From Candidatus Cloacimonadales bacterium (GTDB taxonomy: Bacteria; Cloacimonadota; Cloacimonadia; Cloacimonadales; JAIOQZ01), in assembly GCA_963662655.2 (NCBI GenBank), contig CAXXTU010000002.1, positions 1,792,001-1,856,000 of the forward strand: DNA of 64,000 nucleotides. The letters are read 5' to 3'. The translations under genes and the position numbers were made by a program. Shown here in pieces: positions 56,799 through 64,000 of the stretch; position 1 is the first letter of the stretch, and every line of letters begins with the position of its first letter. Under the pieces are notes generated by a model, which was given only the letters and a program-made list of their open reading frames with translations, was not told the DNA's origin and did not search any database.

Positions 56799-59006
56799 TT
56801 ACTTCAGCAACACTGCCTTGCGAATGATTTCCTGTCCACCGGCGTTCAAGCGGACAAAATACACACCGCTGCCGAAGCCATTCGCGTCGAGAACCAGCGA
56901 GCCCTTTCCTTCAGGCTGGTGATAACGTGTTTCCTCAAACACCTTGCGACCTCTCACATCGTAAACCTTCACACGAACATCTGCAGGTTCAGACAGCGTC
57001 CACGCGATATTGGTCATCGGATTGAACGGATTCGGGTGTATCGCCAAATCGAATTCATATGGCGCTATCTGGCCGTCTCCGGACGCTTCCACAAACTGCA
57101 GCGTCACATCGACGTCTTCCAGAATAACACCAACTGTTACGTTCAGCATCTCGACAGTCACCGTTTCGTATGTTTGAAGAGAAAATTCCGCCGAATAAGT
57201 ACCCGGATCCAGGTAAATCAGGTAAACACCGTCTGCACCCGGATGATAAACATCCTCTCCGATGAGTATCGCGACATCTTCAACCGAGCCGGTACCGCCC
57301 TGGAGCGTGACCGTTCCCGAGATACCGCTCAATACAACTGGTTCCAGAACAGCATCAACACCATCGTGAATCTCTCCCTCGACAACCTCGATGCCTTCCA
57401 GCGTTTCGGTCTCGTATCCTTCGAGAGAATACTGGATCGAATAGGTTCCCGGGGCAAGCAGGATGTAATACAAGCCGTCCGCACCGGGATGGTACACATT
57501 GTCCCCAATCTGGATCGCGACATCCTCAACATTTCCTTCGCCACCGTTCAATATAACCAGCCCGGAAATGCCACTCGGTGGCGCAACCGGACCGAGATCG
57601 CCGTTAAAAGATATGTTCTGGGCGTAAATATCCGAGCTGCCGTTTCGACCATCCTCCCAGGCAGCAAAGCAGTAGGAACCATTCGGTGCGGAAACAACCG
57701 GATGTACTTTGTCGCTGGAAACCTGGCAGACGAATTCCGAATTCCCCATCCACGGCATTTCTCCATCCGAATCGACGCGCATGGCTTTAATGTAGCTGCA
57801 ATTAGGATCACCGGAATCGATGAGATAGAAAAGCAGCGCATTACCTTGCCCTGTGACAGTCTGAACAAGCTGCGCACCGAATGGGTACGGATTATCCGAA
57901 CCCATCGCGATGAGCATTGCGCCATTATTTCCCCAGATATGATCGCCATTCTGGTCGAGCCGTTGCCCCGAAAGACCCCGCATATTCTGATCGCCATCCA
58001 TCTCGTTCCAGAAAACCATGACGGTCGATTGCTCGGGATCAGTTACAACAAACGAGTAAAATCCCTGTGTAGCCTGGTTCGTCGAGGCGATCACGCCTCC
58101 ATCGGTATACACCGTTGAACCATCACCGCTCACCCACTGAACGTATATCTCACTCATATTGTCGCTGTCGCGGTCATCGTTCCAGCATATCGCGAAACCG
58201 CCGTTATCGTCCGGCGATATGGAAAGGCGCTGTGTCCACGCCGATATCCCACCTTGCGTGGAGATATTGCACTCAGCGTCCCAAACTTCCTCGAAAGCTC
58301 CTTCATACTTCATCGCGTGAAGGTGACGGGTAGGCGCCCATGTGGGGCCTGTATCCTTGTAATACTTCAGGATGAAACAATCATTCTCGACAGGAACGAT
58401 TTGCGGATGAGTGTAGGTGATTTCCGTATCCGTCAATTCAAAGTAAGGCGAAGCCATGAGCGTTCCATCTGCGGCAACCTTCTGCATGCCAATGCCGTCT
58501 TCCATAATCCAGGCCACGATGATGTAGCCTGATTGCGTTGCGGCTACAGTCGGAACCATGTGCGAAGTCGCATCGTTCGTGATGGCAATTCCGTCATCTC
58601 CCCAGGCGAAGGTTCCATCCGGCTCGATCTTGTAGACCATGATATCCGGGTTGTCGTGATATCGAGTATCCTGGAAGGAGAGAATGAGATTTCCATTCAT
58701 ATCCGAGCAGATATCCCACTGCGTCAACCAGGTCATCTGGGGATTGTCGCTAACAAGGAGACCATTCGCTTCCCATTGCTCGTTTCCATCGACATCGTAA
58801 TATTGAGCTCGCACGTCGTAGTTTCCGGCATCGTTGGAAAACCACGCGATATAGAAACTTCCATCAGCGCATATTGCAGTCTTGGGAATTGCTTGCTCTC
58901 CGCCAAGGTTACATACTACATTGTTTACAGTTGGATCACTGCTCCACTGTGAGAAACAGAACTGAAACGCAAGCAAAATCGAAAAGATCATCAGGAACTT
59001 TTTCAT
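56799..59006 (-). CDS. Secreted protein: beta-rich repeat region, two tandem ~82-aa CarboxypepD_reg-like domains, T9SS-like C-terminal domain
   Basis: Signal peptide; W.D.R..DIY.Q repeats; SGISG.V...YHPGADG.Y..L.PGTYS repeated 246 nt apart; HPNPFNP...SGVYF...KAVLLK. Confidence 0.85.
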   Translation of the reverse strand: MKKFLMIFSILLAFQFCFSQWSSDPTVNNVVCNLGGEQAIPKTAICADGSFYIAWFSNDAGNYDVRAQYYDVDGNEQWEANGLLVSDNPQMTWLTQWDICSDMNGNLILSFQDTRYHDNPDIMVYKIEPDGTFAWGDDGIAITNDATSHMVPTVAATQSGYIIVAWIMEDGIGMQKVAADGTLMASPYFELTDTEITYTHPQIVPVENDCFILKYYKDTGPTWAPTRHLHAMKYEGAFEEVWDAECNISTQGGISAWTQRLSISPDDNGGFAICWNDDRDSDNMSEIYVQWVSGDGSTVYTDGGVIASTNQATQGFYSFVVTDPEQSTVMVFWNEMDGDQNMRGLSGQRLDQNGDHIWGNNGAMLIAMGSDNPYPFGAQLVQTVTGQGNALLFYLIDSGDPNCSYIKAMRVDSDGEMPWMGNSEFVCQVSSDKVHPVVSAPNGSYCFAAWEDGRNGSSDIYAQNISFNGDLGPVAPPSGISGLVILNGGEGNVEDVAIQIGDNVYHPGADGLYYILLAPGTYSIQYSLEGYETETLEGIEVVEGEIHDGVDAVLEPVVLSGISGTVTLQGGTGSVEDVAILIGEDVYHPGADGVYLIYLDPGTYSAEFSLQTYETVTVEMLNVTVGVILEDVDVTLQFVEASGDGQIAPYEFDLAIHPNPFNPMTNIAWTLSEPADVRVKVYDVRGRKVFEETRYHQPEGKGSLVLDANGFGSGVYFVRLNAGGQEIIRKAVLLK

Positions 59007-59049
59007 TCGTACCTCCCTGTTTTGTGCTAAATGATATTCACTATGTCAA

Positions 59050-59078
59050 ATAGTACTCCACTCGGCAGAAATTGTCAA
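59050..59078 (-). promoter_or_regulatory. Sigma70-type promoter
   Basis: TTGACA-17 nt-TACTAT about 45 nt upstream of ATG 59006. Confidence 0.65.
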
Positions 59079-59119
59079 AGTTTGATTTTTTAAAAATTAA
59101 CGAACAGTCGAATACAGAC

Positions 59120-59152
59120 AAAAGGAGGTCTCTGAAAACATCCAGAGACCTC
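59120..59152 (-). terminator. Terminator after the AraC regulator
   Basis: gaggtctctg/cagagacctc stem with an A-run on the plus strand. Confidence 0.65.
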
Positions 59153-59170
59153 TCCAATCATGCGATACGT

Positions 59171-60028
59171 TTATTTAATGGGTATATAGATGTCCATTTC
59201 CGAATCTTCTTGACCATATTTGAAACGGTCGTCATAGAGCTCGAGTTGAGCCTTGGCGTCCATCTCCAGGCCATTCTCCGCAAGCGCGCTACGGAATATT
59301 TCGTTATATGTGTCCCCAAGTGTATCGAGCGCTCCCTTGTGCGTGAACACAGCATACTTTGCCGATGGAACGACATGGGTGATCATCCCCTCGGGCACAT
59401 GTTCCAGCGTTGATACCGATAATCCGACGATGTGCTCGAACGGCGTCTCTTCATCAAAGTCCTTCATATCGACATACGGGCATATTCCAAATGCACGATG
59501 ATCTTCAGTGCGGTTTGGTACCTGATAGCATCGTTTGTTGAATTCGTTCCACAACTGTGGTATCTTGTTTTCCTTCATTGTTGTAACGCATTTAAGCCCT
59601 ATAACTTTAAGTTCTCCAAGTTCAGCGATCCTCGGTTTCATGGTTCCTCCTTTAATGGGTATGACCGATTCCAACAGGTTGATCGGTGCAATGTAATACA
59701 CGGGATAGATGTCTCTCCTTAGTTTTCCTGGTGTCATTCCGTGCTGCTTCTTGAACGCACGGGTGAATGCTTCCTGCGAGAAGAAGCAATACTTCCTCGC
59801 AATGGATCGAATCGATTCTCGCGTGTACAACACTTCATTCCCTGCCTTCGACAAGCGACGAATCCGAATGTACTCCTTGGGAGTATATCCGGTATGCGCA
59901 CTGAATACACGCAGGAAGTGGAACATCGAGAACCCGGAATAGTCCGCGATCGATTCCAGATCGAGGTTTCCCGTCAGATTACGCTCCATGTAATCGATGG
60001 CACACTGCATCGTTCGGCGGTAGTCCAT
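59171..60028 (-). CDS. AraC-family regulator with C-terminal GyrI-like effector-binding domain
   Basis: AIDYME.NL, SMFHFLRVF, YIR.RRL, SQEAFTRAFKK.HG.TPG; C-terminal VPEGM..YAVFTHKG..ELY..DIYIPIK. Confidence 0.92.
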   Translation of the reverse strand: MDYRRTMQCAIDYMERNLTGNLDLESIADYSGFSMFHFLRVFSAHTGYTPKEYIRIRRLSKAGNEVLYTRESIRSIARKYCFFSQEAFTRAFKKQHGMTPGKLRRDIYPVYYIAPINLLESVIPIKGGTMKPRIAELGELKVIGLKCVTTMKENKIPQLWNEFNKRCYQVPNRTEDHRAFGICPYVDMKDFDEETPFEHIVGLSVSTLEHVPEGMITHVVPSAKYAVFTHKGALDTLGDTYNEIFRSALAENGLEMDAKAQLELYDDRFKYGQEDSEMDIYIPIK

Positions 60029-60192
60029 TCAATCTCCATTGCATTGTTTTTAGATCCTCAAGCGCTTTTTGATCTTAATTGCTGTATACACCCCCGTTTC
60101 AAATCGTCAAAGTTTTTCGGCACGCGCACATATAAAAAATCTTGCTCGCCCCAAACCAATCTACGTAAATGGAATGTGGTAAAGGAGGTCTC

Positions 60193-60492
60193 ATGACATT
60201 CACGGATCGTGTGATAAATATCATTCAAGCGATACCCGCAGGAAAGGTCTCCACCTACGGTAAAATCGCCTCGAAGGCAGGCTCCCCGCGCGGAGCGAGG
60301 CAAGTTGTCCGCATTCTGCACACCCAAACGGGGAAGCACGACCTCCCCTGGCATCGCGTCATCAATTCAAAAGGGATGATTTCGCTTCGGCCCGGAGACG
60401 GCTACGAGGAGCAGAAGATGAGATTGCTCATGGAGGGAATCGAGTTTGACAAGGAAGACCGAATCGATCTGAAACAATTTGGCTGGGAATAG
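60193..60492 (+). CDS. Alkyltransferase-like protein (ATL/YbaZ, MGMT family)
   Basis: IPAGKVSTYG.IA, ARQV, PWHRV (Trp in place of the catalytic Cys). Confidence 0.9.
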   Translation: MTFTDRVINIIQAIPAGKVSTYGKIASKAGSPRGARQVVRILHTQTGKHDLPWHRVINSKGMISLRPGDGYEEQKMRLLMEGIEFDKEDRIDLKQFGWE

Positions 60493-60521
60493 AAAAGGGC
60501 GCTCATCCAAGCGCCCTTTTT
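60493..60521. terminator. Bidirectional terminator
   Basis: aaaagggcgct-catcca-agcgcccttttt. Confidence 0.85.
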
Positions 60522-60540
60522 AATGTATCTATGCAGATGC

Positions 60541-62667
60541 TTATTTCAGCATGAGCATTTTCTGAATTTCGCTCTTGCTTCCAACTTCGAGTTTGTAGAA
60601 GTATACACCGCTTGAAACTGGCTTGTTCGTGTTATCAACACCGTGCCATGTGAATGCTTGAGTACCGGCATCGAGTTTTGAATCGACAAGAGTCTTCACG
60701 AGCTGACCCTTCACGTTGTAAACGGAAAGTTTCACGTCAGCTTTTTCAGGAATGCTGAATTCAACGGTTGTAGTCGGGTTGAAAGGATTCGGGAAGTTTG
60801 TGAGCCCGAAGCCAGCAACTGGAGCTACGTCTTCGTTGTCGTTCGCTGTGATGATTGGAAGGTCGGTGAAGTCGATGTCGACGGAGCAGTAGCGAAGCAT
60901 ACCGCCGTCGTTCGAACCCTGACCCTGGATGAATGAACCGAAGCTGTTGTCATCGTAGAACATAAGATGGAGAAGACCATGTTCTTCACCAAGGTCTTCT
61001 ACGATGTCGCCAGGATAGACATAAGTAGGAATCATGCCTGCGAGTTCAGGATTGTCGATCGAATTGAGGAAGATCGGATCCGACCAGTTCGCGCCGTTAT
61101 CAGCTGAAAGCGAGATAGCGATTTCCGGAACTGTTGCCCAATCTACATATTCTTCGTCGCCGGATTCGTTGTAGAAACGGCTGTAAAGACCATCATGCCA
61201 TACGGCAACGAGCCAGTTCTTGTCTTCGTTCTTCGCGATTTTGTATGTGTTCTCATGGAATGCTTCGTCCCAGCCATACCACCAGATCGGCCAGCTAAGA
61301 TTTGACATGAGGGTACCGTCTTCGTAGTACTCATCCATTTCGCCGTCCTGATTCTCGTCCCAAGGAAGGTACGGGAATGTAGGATTTTCTATTGTGCTCT
61401 GAGGATAGAGATCGTGGAATGTGATCTCGCTTGTCTCTGGATCGAATTCGCAGTGTTTCACTGTGCTGAAGTATGCCCAAAGGTTGTGTTCGCCATCAAC
61501 GTTTTCGTAACCGAGTACGTAGTTACCTACGAAGTGAAGCTTGCCCTGAGAATCGAACATCGCTTCCGGATGGCTGCTGTTCACCCAGTCAAAGAAGATT
61601 TCTTCGCCGGCTTCGATAGCATCGAAGTAAGGAGTTCCATCCTGGTTGGTAGGCATGTCCACAACGGTATGAGCGTCAACTTCGACAACTTCCCAGTCGC
61701 CTTCAGCCCATGTGTCGTTGTAGAAAACAACCATGTCCGAACCTTCGTGTTCGATGTCGTCAGCGCTGAGGTAACCGATCATTGCGATCTGACCATTGTC
61801 ATTACATGCAATACCCTTGTTGTAACGGCCCCAGTCGCCTTCACCCGAGTTGTAGTAGTCAAGGAGCGGGAAGGTAACGAAGTTCCAGTCGAGGGTATTC
61901 AGTGTACCAGCGTCAAGGTTTGATGTTGTGAAATCAGCGTAACCGAGAAGCATGTTTTCAGAAGGGTCTGCATGGTGGCTTGTGTAGTTGCTTGCCCAGA
62001 CGTAAACACGGCGAGATTGGTCTGTATCGTAGTTAGGTCCTTGAACTATCCAAACATACGGCCAGATAAATTCGTCATCTGAGTAAGGTGGTTCGAAGTC
62101 GTAGCCAGACCAGTCGTTGTTATCGATAACATCGAACGGAGTGCTGATAAGGCCAGGTGATTGAAGAAGGTGCCATGAGTCGTAACCGAGAGCATCTTCA
62201 TAGATCGTGTCATCGTCCATATCAATGTGCCAGATCGCCATAGGATCCTGGGTCTCATGGTCGATATCCATTCCGGGGTAACCTTCCTTGATATCTTCCT
62301 GGTTGAGGTAGTTAACGGAGTTGAGCGTACCGTCGGCATTGATGTAGCCGATGTAAACACGGCGTTCAGCGGAAGCTGTTTCGGTTGAATGGAACACACA
62401 GTAGAGACCATTCTGGCCAGCAACGTTGTTGGTTTGAACGCGAAGCGGGTTGGAGATGTAGCTACCAGGCATGTAGTCGTAATAGCTTGTTTGGATGTCG
62501 ATGGGTTCTACAACGAATGTACATGCTGGAGCGTCTCTGTGTTCAGCACGACCCTTGATAATCAGGTTGTCCTGTGCGAGTTCCTGTTTTGGAATCGCTT
62601 GTTGCGTATAAGCGAACATACTGCATACGAGAGCAGCGACCATGATCGCCAGTACTAATTTTTTCAT
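60541..62667 (-). CDS. Acidic secreted protein with FlgD-Ig/T9SS-like C-terminal domain
   Basis: Signal peptide; SYYDYMPGSY; S.DNG.NWS Asp-box; NFPNPFNPTT...SSGVYFYKL...KMLMLK. Confidence 0.85.
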   Translation of the reverse strand: MKKLVLAIMVAALVCSMFAYTQQAIPKQELAQDNLIIKGRAEHRDAPACTFVVEPIDIQTSYYDYMPGSYISNPLRVQTNNVAGQNGLYCVFHSTETASAERRVYIGYINADGTLNSVNYLNQEDIKEGYPGMDIDHETQDPMAIWHIDMDDDTIYEDALGYDSWHLLQSPGLISTPFDVIDNNDWSGYDFEPPYSDDEFIWPYVWIVQGPNYDTDQSRRVYVWASNYTSHHADPSENMLLGYADFTTSNLDAGTLNTLDWNFVTFPLLDYYNSGEGDWGRYNKGIACNDNGQIAMIGYLSADDIEHEGSDMVVFYNDTWAEGDWEVVEVDAHTVVDMPTNQDGTPYFDAIEAGEEIFFDWVNSSHPEAMFDSQGKLHFVGNYVLGYENVDGEHNLWAYFSTVKHCEFDPETSEITFHDLYPQSTIENPTFPYLPWDENQDGEMDEYYEDGTLMSNLSWPIWWYGWDEAFHENTYKIAKNEDKNWLVAVWHDGLYSRFYNESGDEEYVDWATVPEIAISLSADNGANWSDPIFLNSIDNPELAGMIPTYVYPGDIVEDLGEEHGLLHLMFYDDNSFGSFIQGQGSNDGGMLRYCSVDIDFTDLPIITANDNEDVAPVAGFGLTNFPNPFNPTTTVEFSIPEKADVKLSVYNVKGQLVKTLVDSKLDAGTQAFTWHGVDNTNKPVSSGVYFYKLEVGSKSEIQKMLMLK

Positions 62668-62776
62668 AATTCCTCCTCGATTTTGTTTCCTATTAATGCA
62701 TACCGAAATTCACTTTAACATGTGAAAGTGAATCCGAAGCCTTGCTCAGAGGCTCCGGATCCTCTCACGTATTGTT

Positions 62777-63814
62777 TTAAAACATCAGTTTCAATGAGAA
62801 GCGATGCGCGCTTTCCATGAAGCTTTCTTCAAGATAACCCATGTTCGTGTAGGCGTAATCCACATGAACCACGGCGATGCGGTTCGGGATCATGAAGCCG
62901 ACACCGAAAGTCGGGCGAGCTTCGCCATCACTGGTATCGTAGTTGAACTGAACGCCGGTACGAAGGAAGAATACGGAGTATTTACCTTCGAAACCGAGGT
63001 TGAATGTCTCTTCGCGGTCAACAACGTTATCGATCTGGAAGGAAGCCAGAACGTATGTGTCGCCGTCGCGATAGAGGTCGCCACAGATACCGAACGAGAA
63101 CTGCATGGGAATCTTGAATTCCATTTCTTCACGGTCTTCGTCAACAAGGCCGTCGCCGTCGTTGTCGAGAAGATCGAAAGGATCTTCGTCGGTCTGCCCA
63201 TCTTCGTCGTTATCGATCTCATACTTCAAGTCAGTACCAAAGTTACGCATCGCCATACCGATCGTAACGTTTCTCCATAATGTATTCAAACGAGTGCCGA
63301 CGTCAAATGCAAATCCTTCGACAGAGTAGTCGTACAGTTCTTCACGCAGATATTTCGCGGTAAGACCGAAGGAGAATTTGTCCGTGTACATGCTTGAATA
63401 GGTAAGCCCTACTGCAAGATCGCTACATGTGAATTTCTCTCCGGTTGGTTCCATTGTCTCATCGCTGATAACATCCATATCGTCCATGTGAAGATACGAT
63501 GCGCTGAAACCGAATGTGGCGAAATCAAAGAACTTTGAATATGCCAGATATTCGTGCATGATATCTGCCGGCCACTCGGTATGAGAGAACATAACCTGAT
63601 CCTCTTCCTGAATCGCCAGCCCCGCAGGGTTCCAGTAGATCGACGAGATATCGTCCGCTACGGGAGTATAGGCTTCGCCCATACCGATCGCACGAGCGTC
63701 GACACCGAGTTTGAGGAACTGGAGACCTGACGTACCGACCTTCGCAAATATCTCTGCACTCAACGCTGCCGGAAGCAAGCCGATTGCGATAATGACTATC
63801 AATAACTTTTTCAT
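62777..63814 (-). CDS. porV: PorV/PorQ-family outer-membrane beta-barrel
   Basis: FLKLGVDARAIGMGEA, YWNPAGL, DVG, NFG, DYAY...HRFSL. Confidence 0.78.
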   Translation of the reverse strand: MKKLLIVIIAIGLLPAALSAEIFAKVGTSGLQFLKLGVDARAIGMGEAYTPVADDISSIYWNPAGLAIQEEDQVMFSHTEWPADIMHEYLAYSKFFDFATFGFSASYLHMDDMDVISDETMEPTGEKFTCSDLAVGLTYSSMYTDKFSFGLTAKYLREELYDYSVEGFAFDVGTRLNTLWRNVTIGMAMRNFGTDLKYEIDNDEDGQTDEDPFDLLDNDGDGLVDEDREEMEFKIPMQFSFGICGDLYRDGDTYVLASFQIDNVVDREETFNLGFEGKYSVFFLRTGVQFNYDTSDGEARPTFGVGFMIPNRIAVVHVDYAYTNMGYLEESFMESAHRFSLKLMF

Positions 63815-63824
63815 CGTTGCCTCC

Positions 63825-64000
63825 CTATCGTATAATCACGAATTTACCGACTTTTAAATCACCGGAAGCTTTATCCTCCACGGAGAAGAGATAAACACCG
63901 CTGACAACAATTTGATCATTCTTCGAAAGAAGGTCCCAAGCATGGATACCGGAAGCTGCGACACCCGCGGTAGCTGCCTTGCTTGTGGAAATGACATCTT
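63825..64000 (-). CDS. 3' end of a gene truncated by the window edge; secreted-protein-like C-terminal tail
   Basis: Open frame ...AWDLLSKNDQIVVSGVYLFSVEDKASGDLKVGKFVIIR, stop at 63827-63825. Confidence 0.75.
   Translation of the reverse strand, partial: DVISTSKAATAGVAASGIHAWDLLSKNDQIVVSGVYLFSVEDKASGDLKVGKFVIIR

Overview
Bacterial chromosomal window, most likely Candidatus Cloacimonadota. This is inferred from three secreted proteins ending in the FlgD-Ig/T9SS-like tail (xxPNPFNPxT...SGxYF...KxxLLK), a gingipain-like C25 peptidase and a PorV-like barrel. Most of it is housekeeping or accessory metabolism: a heterodimeric ABC exporter, adk-trkH-trkA-rluD, coaBC-queA-birA, the rimP-nusA-infB-rbfA-truB-ribF-radA operon, a DUF134/MinD-4Fe4S/NifX operon, an arsR-arsP-arsC redox cluster, fused shikimate-pathway genes and xerC. 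No rRNA, tRNA, CRISPR array or transposase was seen. The main unexplained signals are non-coding or hidden inside genes. (1) Four dispersed intergenic copies of a palindromic element fold into a four-way junction with conserved, co-varying core arms and unrelated, perfectly palindromic variable arms. (2) A 32-codon Arg-rich leader peptide plus an antiterminator and two interlocking terminators lie upstream of the ABC exporter. (3) An internal Shine-Dalgarno and in-frame ATG in an AraC-GyrI regulator could give a TipAS-like short isoform. Five single-base indels in short homopolymer runs, across three genes, suggest assembly errors. All family assignments come from motif recognition by eye; no searches were run.
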